Made by a program: the position numbers and the translations under genes
In this document: piece after piece, positions 1 through 10,279 of the stretch
How positions within the stretch are numbered: the first letter of the stretch is position 1
Layout: the number at the start of each line of letters is the position of its first letter
The notes under the pieces: model-generated
The model's input: the letters and a program-made list of their open reading frames with translations, nothing else
The model's database searches: none
Told to the model about the DNA's origin: nothing
Assembly (NCBI GenBank): GCA_036339735.1
Contig: JAYZAL010000101.1
Coordinates: 1 to 64,000 of the forward strand
Direction: 5' to 3'
Length of the DNA: 64,000 bases
Source of the DNA: Candidatus Poribacteria bacterium
Lineage (GTDB): Bacteria > Poribacteria > WGA-4E > UBA9662

Positions 1-1187
1 TTGGCATCCAAGCAAGAAAGAATCCCATTCCTATTTTTTAGAAAGTATAGGTTGTCTCCATATAATAGAGGGGAAGGTACATATGGTGTGTCTTGATTAT
101 ATTGCCAAACAACCGAGCTGGTACCGGTTATATCACCAGTAGCATTCGCTAGCTGAATAGCCATTAGAGCATTCCCACGAAAGCCACTCATAAAATAAGC
201 CATTCCACTTTCACTATGAAACACCGGGCAAGGTATAACGTTGGTTGTCATACCACTAGCTTCCCATAAGATTTCTCCTGACTGTAAATCATAGCTAGAA
301 ATATGATTGGTAGCATTGACAATTACTTGTGGTAGGCCAGTATAATCAGTAACAATAGGAGTAGACCAACTGGTTGGTTCATCTCTGTCGACTCGCCATA
401 ATTGATCACCAGTTTCTTTATCTATTGCTACTATGAAAGAATCTCCTTCGTGATCCCAGTTAACAATCAGCGTGTTGTTGTAAAGAGTTGCTGAACCACC
501 TTCTCCGAAACTATTACGTGTACGCATGTCTCCTAAATCAATTTCCCACTGCACATTACCAGATAAATCCAAACAATACAGGCCAAACGACCCAAAGTTG
601 GCGTACAGATAGTCTCCATCCGTAATTGGTGAATAAGAAGCCCACGTGGCAGTATTATGAGTACCTTCATGTGGTTGAGTCTCACGTACGACCCGTTCCC
701 ATTCTATTTGACCCGTGGTACGATCAATACAAATAACCGCCAGCTTCAGATTGAGATTAGGAGCCTCACCCCGCCGGTTACGTCCACCTGTTTGGGCTGC
801 TTGTTTGAACTGTTCTAAGGGTAGACCAAAAAAGTCGGTATCTCCATTTCCGTTTTCTACGGGTTGCTCCTTGTTCTCTATTTCTGTAGGAGTAGATGTT
901 AAAATGAAGATTTGATCTTTCCAGATAATCGGGCTGGCGTGTCCTTCACCAGGTATTTCTAGTTTCCACAGGATATTTCGTTGTTCACTCCATTCAAAAG
1001 GAGGATTATTACTTCGTGGTGCAATGCCATTGGATGTCGGCCCACGCCATTGGTGCCAATAAAGTTCGTATTCAGATGATTGATTTTGTTGCTCAGCTTG
1101 AGTAAGCGTTGTGACAATGAGGAAAGTCAAAGTAACTAGGAATATTAACTGTAAGTTATCATTTCGGGAAACGTATTGCTTGAACAA
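1..1187 (-). CDS. PQQ-like beta-propeller (BamB-like) exported protein, runs off the window start (partial)
   Basis: Not in ORF track; translated by hand from TTG at 1187 (SD AAGGAG upstream): signal-like N-terminus then YWHQWRGPTSNGIA...ILWKLEIPGEGHASPIIWKDQIF, typical of PQQ-like repeat proteins. Confidence 0.85.
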   Translation of the reverse strand, partial: MFKQYVSRNDNLQLIFLVTLTFLIVTTLTQAEQQNQSSEYELYWHQWRGPTSNGIAPRSNNPPFEWSEQRNILWKLEIPGEGHASPIIWKDQIFILTSTPTEIENKEQPVENGNGDTDFFGLPLEQFKQAAQTGGRNRRGEAPNLNLKLAVICIDRTTGQIEWERVVRETQPHEGTHNTATWASYSPITDGDYLYANFGSFGLYCLDLSGNVQWEIDLGDMRTRNSFGEGGSATLYNNTLIVNWDHEGDSFIVAIDKETGDQLWRVDRDEPTSWSTPIVTDYTGLPQVIVNATNHISSYDLQSGEILWEASGMTTNVIPCPVFHSESGMAYFMSGFRGNALMAIQLANATGDITGTSSVVWQYNQDTPYVPSPLLYGDNLYFLKNRNGILSCLDA

Positions 1188-1250
1188 AAAAAACTCCTTA
1201 CCAACTAAATCAATAGGTTTCATCTGTGGTGGATGTGGATTATTAATTAT

Positions 1251-1994
1251 TTAAAAGGTATTGGCCACCGGTTTTGACCTAGGATGATAAGATGTCATCA
1301 AAGTCAAGCGACGACCGGGTGATCCGTCCAAATCAATCGAAAAATTAATATTTGGTGTTTCTAATTCAAAACCGAGGTGGGTATTAGATGCCTCCCCTTC
1401 TGATTCATCAAGTTGGCCTAAGATTTCTATTCTTCGACCTTGCCGAATGTGATTCCAACAAGCATAAGGGACCCAAGTGAGGTTGTCGGATAATCGTATT
1501 CTTTTACTCACACCTAACTGAAAATTGACATCTACCAGAAGCTTTGTAACTATATTTCGTTGTTGCTGTTGAGCTCTAATGAGTTTCAGGTCGCCATAAA
1601 TTCGACCGATTAAATCAATTCCTAATTCTTCTATAGGATAAACTGTACTGAACCCACTACCGATGATAACAGGTTGCTGAATTTTAGCTTTTTGTTTTTG
1701 ATCAACCAAATCGGGGTACCCTAACACATCATCTGGGTCAGAGACTAAGTTAGTACCAGCCACCAGATGAAATTCAGCGAATTCTAAAACACCAAAATTC
1801 AGAATAGAAGCGATTCGGATAGTTTTTGCCAGAGGTCTAATACTAGTTTGTCCCATCAATCCAAATCCCAGTTGGCCAGATTTTAGCTGATGTAGATCAA
1901 TTTGAGCATAACTACTCAAAACCCCAAACAATAACACTACAAAGAATACCAGTCGTTGTTTTATATTGACAAAGAAAATCATTTTAGGGACCAC
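1251..1994 (-). CDS. Hypothetical exported protein, possibly outer-membrane beta-barrel
   Basis: Signal peptide (VLSSYA|Q), amphipathic beta-strand-like segments; no family recognised. Confidence 0.55.
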   Translation of the reverse strand: MVPKMIFFVNIKQRLVFFVVLLFGVLSSYAQIDLHQLKSGQLGFGLMGQTSIRPLAKTIRIASILNFGVLEFAEFHLVAGTNLVSDPDDVLGYPDLVDQKQKAKIQQPVIIGSGFSTVYPIEELGIDLIGRIYGDLKLIRAQQQQRNIVTKLLVDVNFQLGVSKRIRLSDNLTWVPYACWNHIRQGRRIEILGQLDESEGEASNTHLGFELETPNINFSIDLDGSPGRRLTLMTSYHPRSKPVANTF

Positions 1995-2065
1995 TGACTG
2001 ATCTGTTGAGGTGAAGAGTTATGATAACTAATTTTGCTAGGTCAATTATTAGCTTACTATGAAAA

Positions 2066-2803
2066 TTAGATTGTCCAATAGTCCCACAGGTGTTTGGGAA
2101 TGTTCTTACGGACACCGGCATCATCATGATGTGTCCAACGGGCGAACAAGCCTATCCGAGGCGTTGACTGATTATTCGAAGATCCAGTGTGCATTAACCA
2201 CCCATGCCAAATGATAATATCCCCAGCTTCAGCAATGAATTCCTGCGCTGGCTGAGAATTTGGACCGTGAAAGATTGACCAACCATTCTCTTTCCATTCA
2301 ACTGTATCTCTGAAAGTACCTTCGATTCGTTCAGGATGACGAAGGAAATACTGATGTGCATCTATGTGGCTACCAGGCCAAAACACAAAACTTCCACCTC
2401 TTGGTTGTACATCGTAAAGATACGTTGTCACACCAATCATTAACACAGCTTGACAACCTTCTCCAGGGTAACCGTCCAAGTGCCCTGAAACGGGCATTAC
2501 CCAACTGTTATTATCTTTATTTGGCCAACGTGTCAGAATCCCACAACCTCCCCCCTTGAAATTATAACCGCTGACTTGTTCCATTATAGATTCAATTTTT
2601 GGTAAGCTACCTAACTCCGGTGTTAGCTTTGGATTATTAGCTGAACTCGCTCTTGCCCAGCTTGATTTATCTGTGTAACAGCCATCAACTTGTTTCCAAA
2701 ATTGTTTTCGCCATTGATCGATTATTTTATTCTCGATAAAACTACGCAGGATCAGGAATCCATCGCGCTTAAAATCGCCTATCTGTTTTAGGTTTAGCAG
2801 CAT
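2066..2803 (-). CDS. PhyH-family Fe(II)/2-oxoglutarate dioxygenase
   Basis: FKRDGFLI N-terminus, HxD (GHLDG), WPGSH, distal H in AGDIIIWHGWLMH, and SSNNQSTPR. Confidence 0.85.
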   Translation of the reverse strand: MLLNLKQIGDFKRDGFLILRSFIENKIIDQWRKQFWKQVDGCYTDKSSWARASSANNPKLTPELGSLPKIESIMEQVSGYNFKGGGCGILTRWPNKDNNSWVMPVSGHLDGYPGEGCQAVLMIGVTTYLYDVQPRGGSFVFWPGSHIDAHQYFLRHPERIEGTFRDTVEWKENGWSIFHGPNSQPAQEFIAEAGDIIIWHGWLMHTGSSNNQSTPRIGLFARWTHHDDAGVRKNIPKHLWDYWTI

Positions 2804-2827
2804 AAAAATAATAAATGGTCTAGGAAG

Positions 2828-3115
2828 CTAATTCGAGGTAAGGTTAGCTTCATCAAATACGGTGTTAAGTATTGTTTCAAATTGTTTCAGCACTATTGCC
2901 TCATCTTCTCCATCAACGATCAGTAACAACTCAGAGCTTGGCCTAGCAGTTAACATTATTATACCCATAACACTTTTTGCATTAACTTTCATTCTACCTT
3001 GTAACAGAAAAATATCTGCAGAAAATTGGCTGGCAGCCTCGGCAACTAGGGCTGCAGTCTTCATATCCAACCCATTTACATTTTTAACAATTACCTTTTT
3101 TTCTATCAATTGCAA
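2828..3115 (-). CDS. HPr-family phosphocarrier with Asp at the His15 position (Crh/NPr-like)
   Basis: NAKSVMGI Ser46 motif, GEDE C-terminus, next to hprK; GLDMKTA replaces GLHARPA. Confidence 0.85.
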   Translation of the reverse strand: MQLIEKKVIVKNVNGLDMKTAALVAEAASQFSADIFLLQGRMKVNAKSVMGIIMLTARPSSELLLIVDGEDEAIVLKQFETILNTVFDEANLTSN

Positions 3116-3151
3116 CCACCCATAGTAACGGTATACTCCATCTACACAGCC

Positions 3152-4138
3152 CTAGTTGGGGGAAAATAACAGAGCTTGGTGCTGCCAACTCTCAATATGA
3201 TCTTGTTTTTCATCATCATTCATCATATTAGTTAAGGTTTTATTCAGTTCCTCAGGTGCGTTGACACCCATTTTTTTGCTCCACAGGTTTGCGGTTGCAG
3301 TTTCAATCAAATTTGAAATGTTGCGGCCAGGGGCAACAGGTAAAATAACTTTTGGGATTAACTCTTTATGGAATTGATAATGCTGCTCTTCCAATCCAGT
3401 CCTTTCATAAACTTTATTTTTGTTCCATGTCTCTAGAGAAACCACCAGTTCAACTTGTTTCCGGTTACCTATAGCAGTAATCCCAAATAATGAGACTACA
3501 TCAATTATTCCTAAACCACGAATTTCCATATAGTGTTTCAACGGGTTAGGTCGAATACCAAACACCCTATGTTCCGATACCTTTTTCAGCAAAACGGTAT
3601 CGTCAGCGATTAGGCGATGCCCTTTTCGTAAGAGTTCTAAAGAGGCTTCACTTTTTCCAATTCCACTGGGGCCTAAAATTAAAACGCCAAGGCCATAAAC
3701 ATCGACTAGATTGCCGTGGATAAACTCAGTTGGGCCGAATTCATTCTCTAGAAAATGAAGTAAAAAATTAGTAAATGTTGAAGAATCATGCTCGGTTTGG
3801 AGCAATGGTATTTGCCTCTCATGACTTAGCGAGACTATTTCAGGCGACGGGGTAAGATTAGTAGTAAAAACTAGACAAGGAATCTGATAAGAAAAAAGCC
3901 TCGAGAGTATCCAGTGGCGTTCAGTTGTCGATAACTGGTGCAGATACGATACTTCCCCTTTACCAAAAATCTGTATTCGATCATAGCCAAAACTATCGAA
4001 GTGGCCACATAAGGCTAACCCCGGCCGATTCGATTGAACAGAATGAATTTGGCGGTCTAAACCTTTTTGACCTGCCAAGACTTTTAATTCTAGCTCTGAA
4101 CACTGAATTAGTTTAGCTATGGTAAATCGATCAGGCAT
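3152..4138 (-). CDS. hprK: HPr kinase/phosphorylase
   Basis: NRPGLAL, RIQIFG, Walker A GPSGIGKSE, GHRLIADD, MEIRGLGII, PVAPGRN. Confidence 0.97.
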   Translation of the reverse strand: MPDRFTIAKLIQCSELELKVLAGQKGLDRQIHSVQSNRPGLALCGHFDSFGYDRIQIFGKGEVSYLHQLSTTERHWILSRLFSYQIPCLVFTTNLTPSPEIVSLSHERQIPLLQTEHDSSTFTNFLLHFLENEFGPTEFIHGNLVDVYGLGVLILGPSGIGKSEASLELLRKGHRLIADDTVLLKKVSEHRVFGIRPNPLKHYMEIRGLGIIDVVSLFGITAIGNRKQVELVVSLETWNKNKVYERTGLEEQHYQFHKELIPKVILPVAPGRNISNLIETATANLWSKKMGVNAPEELNKTLTNMMNDDEKQDHIESWQHQALLFSPN

Positions 4139-4141
4139 TGG

Positions 4142-5650
4142 TTAGTTCCATTTTCGACGACGTTTGGTTGAAGATTGAATGCCTAATTTTTCTCGATATT
4201 TAGTGACTGTTCGGCGAGCTGCGCTAATACCTTCTTTTTTAAGCATGAGGGAAATTGATTGGTCACTAAGAGGCTTAGCTGGTTCTTCCTGGTCTATTAG
4301 TTTTTTGATTTTGTCTTGTACACTGGTCGAAGAAATTTCACCTATTTCTGTTGACAATCCTGAACTGAAAAAGTATTCTAACTTATATAAACCTTGCGGA
4401 GTTTGAACATACTTGTTGTTGGTAGCTCGGCTGACCGTTGACTCGTGAACACCAACCATTTCAGCAATCCGACTTTGTACCAATGGTTTAAGTCCATTTA
4501 TTCCTACTTGCAAAAAATCCTTCTGAACCTCAAAAATAGCTTCAGCTATTTTTTGAATAGTTTGCTGCCTTTCATAAACGCTCTTTAGCAAATCAATAGC
4601 CTTTCCTCGATACTCTTCTATCCAGCTTTTGGTATTTGGGTCAAGAGAATTTTTCTGTTGTAGCATATCTAGGTAGATCGTATTCAGTCGCAACTTAGGT
4701 AATCCACGATCATTAGTCGTGATAACATAATCATCTTCAATCTCTTCTATGACAATATCAGGTGTGACTGCTCGTGGGTTCCGCTGACTACCACTCGGTT
4801 GTGTGAACCGCCGCCCAGGATATGGATCAAGCTTAGCAATCACGTCAACGGCAGCTAGGATTTGGTCTGTTTTTACTTCTAAGACCTGAGATAGATGACG
4901 TATTCGATAGTTCTTAAAATCGTCATAATGATCTAATAAAATTCTTTCTGCCAGCGAATCATGAAAATCTAGATTCCGACTTAGTTGAATCAACAATGTC
5001 TCCCTGACATCCCGGAAGGCAATTCCGACAGGGTCAAATCGATGTTGTATCAATGCTAAAACAGCATCAACATCTTCTTCTGAACATCCTAGATCTTCGG
5101 CAATCTGATCAATTGTTCCCGTCAGCATTCCATCTGAATCTAGATTGCCGATTATATATTCACCGATTTGCCGATCCTTCTGTGGAATTAGCAAGACTTG
5201 CAATTGTGCTGACAGATAATCTAACAACGATACTTGTTGAGCTACATCTTCATCCGGTCCGTCATTATTTTCCCAATGTTCTTGAGCCACTCTTTCGCTT
5301 GGTGAGATCGAATCATCTAGAAAATCTTGCCAATCAAAATCTGGCTGTATTTCGTCTTCAGTAGGTGGTTCAATATCAAGTTCCGAGTCTAAAGCAGCAT
5401 CTTCATTACTCTCGTTATCATTGTTTTCGTCTTCGATCAATTCTGTATTTTCTGAATCAGTTATTTCTACTTCATCTAATTCTTCAATCAACTCTTCTAA
5501 CATTGGATTTTCTTCCAACTGCATTTGTAAATGCTGTGTCAGGTCGAGTCTAGACATCAGCAAAACTTCAATGGCTTGCCTTAGCTTAGGAGTGATGACA
5601 AGACTTTGAGTTTGTTTTTGATTGATGGTTTGACGAAGTCCAAGTTGCAT
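4142..5650 (-). CDS. rpoN: RNA polymerase sigma-54 factor
   Basis: Gln/Leu-rich region I, acidic region II, HTH VHESTVSRA, RpoN box ARRTVTKYRE. Confidence 0.98.
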   Translation of the reverse strand: MQLGLRQTINQKQTQSLVITPKLRQAIEVLLMSRLDLTQHLQMQLEENPMLEELIEELDEVEITDSENTELIEDENNDNESNEDAALDSELDIEPPTEDEIQPDFDWQDFLDDSISPSERVAQEHWENNDGPDEDVAQQVSLLDYLSAQLQVLLIPQKDRQIGEYIIGNLDSDGMLTGTIDQIAEDLGCSEEDVDAVLALIQHRFDPVGIAFRDVRETLLIQLSRNLDFHDSLAERILLDHYDDFKNYRIRHLSQVLEVKTDQILAAVDVIAKLDPYPGRRFTQPSGSQRNPRAVTPDIVIEEIEDDYVITTNDRGLPKLRLNTIYLDMLQQKNSLDPNTKSWIEEYRGKAIDLLKSVYERQQTIQKIAEAIFEVQKDFLQVGINGLKPLVQSRIAEMVGVHESTVSRATNNKYVQTPQGLYKLEYFFSSGLSTEIGEISSTSVQDKIKKLIDQEEPAKPLSDQSISLMLKKEGISAARRTVTKYREKLGIQSSTKRRRKWN

Positions 5651-5692
5651 GATGCTACCTATAGCAATATTTTCAAATCTAGAGGACCATTT

Positions 5693-6538
5693 CTAGTTAG
5701 TATGTCCAGCTTCGTCTGAAGGATTTAGGCTCGGCGTTTTTTTTGCTGGTAAATTGAAGCTGTTGCCAAAGTAGCGCTCCCTGGCCATTTGGCTAGATAA
5801 TAACTCGGTTGGAGTACCACTTAGAGAAATTTTTCCATCCGTTATTAGATAAGCTCTGTCAACAATATCTAACATCTCAGCCGCATTATGGTCAGTTATA
5901 AGAATACCAAGGCCACGCTCCTTTAATTGAAATACCAACTGTTTAATTTCTTGTACTGCGATGGGATCAATACCTGAAAACGGCTCGTCCAATAACATGA
6001 AATTTGGATCAATCGCCAAAGATCGGGCAATTTCTGCTCTGCGACATTCTCCACCAGACAGCGTGTAGGCCTTCTGGTTTGCTAGGCTGGAAAGACCTAA
6101 CTCACTCATTAGCTGGTTTTTTCTATCTTGAAGTTCACCTTTAGGTAAGCCTCGGACTTCTAGAACAGATGTGATATTTTCAGCCACGGTCAATTTTCGA
6201 AAAATGGATGTTTCCTGCGGTAGGTATCCAAGACCCAATCGCGCACGCTGATACATAGGGAGTGAAGTAATCTCTCGATCATTGTAGAAAATTCGGCCAG
6301 AATTCGGTCTGATTGAACCAACGATCATGTAAAAAGTGGTAGATTTACCAGCTCCATTTGGACCCAACAGGCCAACGATCTCGCCTGTGTCTACGCTAAT
6401 ACTGACTTGATCTACAACAGTCCGTCCCTTTCGCGAATAGCTTTTGACCAAGTTTTCTGTAGATAACGTAATCGGCATAGAATTTGATAATTTCGATCTA
6501 CTCTCCGGTTCGACTGTCGTTGTCATTATTGGTTCCAT
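5693..6538 (-). CDS. lptB: LPS export ABC ATPase (true start may be ATG 6526 or 6478)
   Basis: GPNGAGKST, YLPQETSIFRKLTV, LSGGE, LLDEPFSGIDP, ITDHN; lptC-lptA-lptB-rpoN synteny. Confidence 0.95.
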   Translation of the reverse strand: MEPIMTTTVEPESRSKLSNSMPITLSTENLVKSYSRKGRTVVDQVSISVDTGEIVGLLGPNGAGKSTTFYMIVGSIRPNSGRIFYNDREITSLPMYQRARLGLGYLPQETSIFRKLTVAENITSVLEVRGLPKGELQDRKNQLMSELGLSSLANQKAYTLSGGECRRAEIARSLAIDPNFMLLDEPFSGIDPIAVQEIKQLVFQLKERGLGILITDHNAAEMLDIVDRAYLITDGKISLSGTPTELLSSQMARERYFGNSFNLPAKKTPSLNPSDEAGHTN

Positions 6539-7109
6539 TGGTTACACTTACTTCAGATGGGGTAGTACTGCGAATCCGAACTCTAAATTTCACATTCCCT
6601 TCTCCAATTCGTTCACCGGTTACACGATTGAAAATGAAGTGGTCAGCTTCTAGACGATCGTCTTCTTGGATTACCACCACCTGTTTTTTTAAGTCAATCG
6701 TATTATCTATGTGATTTATCGTAGCTTGATGGCAATTGGCAAAAATGTCTTTATCTCTCAATTCAACATTCTCTTCAGCCAACGTTCTTTGGTAGGTATC
6801 GGTTGCAATATCTTTGAACATGGTAACTTTTTGTGCATTCAGAAACCCATTTGTCATTTTAATCCGTACTTTGCCTGTCAATACAGTAACCTCAGTGTTT
6901 TCGTTGGGCCTATAGATTTTTAGTGAATCGGCATGTTCACATATAATAATTTCCTCACCATCAGAATTTTCGTCCGTTTGTAATTCTAAATCTGCATTGG
7001 TGTTGGGTGTCTTTAAAGACTCTTGCCCAGTGGATAAGCCAATAACCATTAAACTAAATATCATCCAAAACCATTGTTTCATTCTAATGTGCGAGCTACT
7101 CCGATTCAT
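6498..7109 (-). CDS. lptA: LptA/OstA-family LPS transport periplasmic protein
   Basis: Signal peptide, beta-jellyroll-like repeats (LTGKVRI, AEENVEL, GEGNVKF), position between lptC and lptB. Confidence 0.75.
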   Translation of the reverse strand: MNRSSSHIRMKQWFWMIFSLMVIGLSTGQESLKTPNTNADLELQTDENSDGEEIIICEHADSLKIYRPNENTEVTVLTGKVRIKMTNGFLNAQKVTMFKDIATDTYQRTLAEENVELRDKDIFANCHQATINHIDNTIDLKKQVVVIQEDDRLEADHFIFNRVTGERIGEGNVKFRVRIRSTTPSEVSVTNGTNNDNDSRTGE

Positions 7110-7719
7110 TTAACTTTTCATCCTTTTCATACAGTGTTGCTGTTACTTTCTTCATTTCAATTACTTCTAGGTTAGGGCGGGCCGCTGCATTGGTACCATT
7201 AACCACTGACTCGCCACGAACAATGCTACAGGCAACGGGTGAATAAAGACGTTCATCTCGATTATTCCAGTGCAATTCCTCGGAGAACAATTGACCATTA
7301 TCGCTGGTTGCAACGACCGAATTCATGAACTTCAAATTTTGCGTTTGATCGACGACTTCACCATGCTCTGCTGTTATTTTTGCTACTACCTGGTCATTCT
7401 CATATATTTCAACGTATGGTTTACGAACGAAAGTAGTTTGTAAACGAAATTCCGCTTGCCTACCGATCAAAGTCCATTTCAAAACTCCGCCTTCTGCATG
7501 TCTCATTCTAAAATCTGACAATGTTTGCCGTGGAACTTCCGTTTCACTAGTTGCAATCCCCTGTCTATCACAGCCCAACGTCACCAAAACCAACACAGAA
7601 ATGCAAATGACAGATAAATTAGTCGTTGTTCTTTGCACTCTAGTTTGAGATTGGTCTGGTTTTCCATCGATCATGCATCCAAATCCACTGTTCCGGATAC
7701 TGCCGAATATAACGCTCAA
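7096..7719 (-). CDS. lptC: LPS export protein LptC (likely start GTG 7638)
   Basis: Hydrophobic N-terminus with LVTLGC, ITAEHG, LFSEELHW motifs; synteny. Confidence 0.75.
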   Translation of the reverse strand: MSVIFGSIRNSGFGCMIDGKPDQSQTRVQRTTTNLSVICISVLVLVTLGCDRQGIATSETEVPRQTLSDFRMRHAEGGVLKWTLIGRQAEFRLQTTFVRKPYVEIYENDQVVAKITAEHGEVVDQTQNLKFMNSVVATSDNGQLFSEELHWNNRDERLYSPVACSIVRGESVVNGTNAAARPNLEVIEMKKVTATLYEKDEKLNESE

Positions 7720-8521
7720 TTAAGCAAGTAAATCGTTGTGTGTTTTCAATAAGATCATTTTGCTTATGTTCAGTTTTTTGCAAATCCAAGGCTGGCTCAA
7801 TAATCATATGATGGGTGTTGTCAGGTTGTCTGACCATAAAAACTGGCAATAGTGGAGCATCGGTTTTTCTAGCAATAGCAACCGGCCCAACGGGGGTGTG
7901 GGCTGAACGTCCAAAAAAGTTAACAAAAACACCGGATGTTTTAGTGTCTACATCAGCCAAAATAGCCAAAAGTTGGTTTTGTTTTAGGCAACGAAAAGCC
8001 TTCCTCAAGGATTTTTCCCTATCTAAACTATCGTAGCCCGCTTGGCGCCGATTACCCACTACCAGATTATTAATCGTCTTTGATCGAAGAGGTCGAGCGA
8101 TAGCATTTAGCTTATAGCCATGCCGGGCAAAAGTTGCACCGACTAATTCCCAGTTGCCGAAATGTCCCATCAAAATGATTACTCCCCGCTCCAAAGATAA
8201 CGCTTGGTCAAGATTCTGTTGCCCTTCAAGTTGAACAGCTGTATCTACCCACTCTGTTTGCTGGAAATGCAAAAATTCCATCAAATTTTTGCCCAAATTT
8301 TGGAAACATTTAAGCGCTAGATGCTCAACGTTAGCGACTGATGGAAGGGCTTGAATGATTTGTCGTTTGGCCCGATTCCGAGAAATAGAAGCCTGATGAA
8401 AGACTAATTCTCCGATTAAATCCCCTATCTTCCAAGATGCTGATAATGGCAAACTAGACACAAATCCGCTCATCAATTTAGCTAAAGTCCAGTAACCACA
8501 GTGCTTCACAGGCCGCCACAT
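7640..8521 (-). CDS. lpxL: Lipid A late acyltransferase (LpxL/HtrB family)
   Basis: GHFGNWE, ILADVD, FFGRSAHTPVGP, YPEQWIWMHDRWK. Confidence 0.9.
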   Translation of the reverse strand: MWRPVKHCGYWTLAKLMSGFVSSLPLSASWKIGDLIGELVFHQASISRNRAKRQIIQALPSVANVEHLALKCFQNLGKNLMEFLHFQQTEWVDTAVQLEGQQNLDQALSLERGVIILMGHFGNWELVGATFARHGYKLNAIARPLRSKTINNLVVGNRRQAGYDSLDREKSLRKAFRCLKQNQLLAILADVDTKTSGVFVNFFGRSAHTPVGPVAIARKTDAPLLPVFMVRQPDNTHHMIIEPALDLQKTEHKQNDLIENTQRFTCLIERYIRQYPEQWIWMHDRWKTRPISN

Positions 8522-8620
8522 ACTGCTCCTATTATAGCAGATGCTAATCTAGATAGACAAACACATCAAACAAGTCGTCGCGAATCCCATTAGTTCTGAG
8601 ATATAATAGATCAGCTATTA

Positions 8621-9544
8621 ATGAACTCACAGCCGAGGAAAGGAATTTCTATTATGCAAATTGTAACCCAAGCTGAATTATCCAATAAAATGCCATCCTA
8701 TCAAGGTAAGGTGCGGGATTTGTATGATTTAGGCGATCAATTATTAATCATTTCTACAGACCGGATTTCCGCTTACGATTTTGTTTTACCCAGTGGTATA
8801 CCCCACAAAGGTCATGCCTTGAACAGTATGTCCGAGTTCTGGTTTAAGGAAACCGAGTCAATTGTCAACAACCATCTCATTTCTGCGGACGTAAATGAAT
8901 ACCCTGGCTTATCTGATTCTGACCGTTCACTATTAGATGGCCGATCAATGCTGGTACGAAAGGCCAATCGAATCGATATTGAATGCGTGGTTCGAGGTTA
9001 TATTGCTGGTTCTGCTTGGAATGAATACCAGAAAGATGGAACAGTTTGTGGTTCCAAACTACCCACGGGTTTAAAACAGTCAGATCGACTGCCCGAACTG
9101 ATTTTCACACCGGCAACAAAAGCTGACCACGGGGAACACGATGAAAATATTTCCATACAGCAAATGACGGACGTCGTCGGCAAAGATCTAACAGACAGAT
9201 TAATGGAGACTAGCTTTGCTTTATTTAGATTTGCCAGTCAACATGCTGAAAGCGTGGGGCTAATTCTATGTGACACTAAATTCGAATTTGGTTTGGTTGG
9301 CGAAGAATTGGTTTTGATTGACGAAGTTTTTACACCAGACTCTTCTAGGTTTTGGCCAAAAGACGATTACCAACCAGGCCGATCGCAAAGTAGCTTCGAC
9401 AAGCAATATGTGCGAGATTACCTAGTAGAAATTGGATGGAACAAACAACCACCAGCACCGCAACTGTCATCTGAGGTGATTGAACAGACCAGCAGAAAAT
9501 ATTTAGAAGCTCATCGCCTGATTACCGGACGCTCCTTGGTTTAA
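8621..9544 (+). CDS. purC: SAICAR synthetase (likely start ATG 8654)
   Basis: GKVRDLY, TDRISAYD, ECVVRGY, DTKFEFG, TPDSSRFW, DKQYVRD. Confidence 0.97.
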   Translation: MNSQPRKGISIMQIVTQAELSNKMPSYQGKVRDLYDLGDQLLIISTDRISAYDFVLPSGIPHKGHALNSMSEFWFKETESIVNNHLISADVNEYPGLSDSDRSLLDGRSMLVRKANRIDIECVVRGYIAGSAWNEYQKDGTVCGSKLPTGLKQSDRLPELIFTPATKADHGEHDENISIQQMTDVVGKDLTDRLMETSFALFRFASQHAESVGLILCDTKFEFGLVGEELVLIDEVFTPDSSRFWPKDDYQPGRSQSSFDKQYVRDYLVEIGWNKQPPAPQLSSEVIEQTSRKYLEAHRLITGRSLV

Positions 9545-9551
9545 TGCTGAC

Positions 9552-10277
9552 CTAGACCTTTTTTCGCCAAACGGCTTCAAAATTATCCCTAGGTTGAAAC
9601 CCAAGCAGTCGTTTGGCTTTTTCGTTGGAAACCCAGTCGTGTGGGAGGTCGGCCACGATAAAAAAGCATTCACACCTTGAAGGCATGGCCTCAAGATCTA
9701 CAGCTAAGGCACGACGAAACGATTCACCACAGTCACGCCAACTGACAGTAAAAGGATGTAAGTCAGTACCTTGTCTCTGATCATCATGTTCAAGAAAAGT
9801 CAAAAATAACAAAGTTAGGACATGTAGTGGATAGTTAGCTGTGAAAACACGACAGATTTCTTGGCCTAGAGATTTAGTCAGTGCATAAAGATTTGTGCCA
9901 GGGTGAGGTGGAATGTCAGGGGTGATACCAAAATCGAAGTCTTCGTAGGTTTCGCCAGCCAAAGTAAAGTGTGGTCCTGTATTAATGATTCGATCAATAC
10001 CTTGCTCAGCTGCCACCTGCATAGTATTGTAGGTGCCACGAGTACTAACATCGAAGGCTAGTTTCCGATCGTGCCTCAAAACTGACAAATTGATAATTGC
10101 ATCCATGCCTTCAGCTGCTTTTCTGACTTGCTCGATGTCGGCCACATCGACGACTCGGGTTTCATGTGGCGATTCGATTGGCGTGGTGTCTGTAATACGA
10201 AGGGTGTGTTCATTCTCAATCGCTTTGACCACATGTGGTCCCATGTATCCATTACCACCTAACAAAAGCACTTTCAT
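9552..10277 (-). CDS. NAD-dependent epimerase/dehydrogenase (extended SDR, uronate dehydrogenase-like)
   Basis: LLGGNGYMG Rossmann motif, YALTK catalytic YxxxK, AKRLLGFQP. Confidence 0.85.
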   Translation of the reverse strand: MKVLLLGGNGYMGPHVVKAIENEHTLRITDTTPIESPHETRVVDVADIEQVRKAAEGMDAIINLSVLRHDRKLAFDVSTRGTYNTMQVAAEQGIDRIINTGPHFTLAGETYEDFDFGITPDIPPHPGTNLYALTKSLGQEICRVFTANYPLHVLTLLFLTFLEHDDQRQGTDLHPFTVSWRDCGESFRRALAVDLEAMPSRCECFFIVADLPHDWVSNEKAKRLLGFQPRDNFEAVWRKKV

Positions 10278-10279
10278 TT

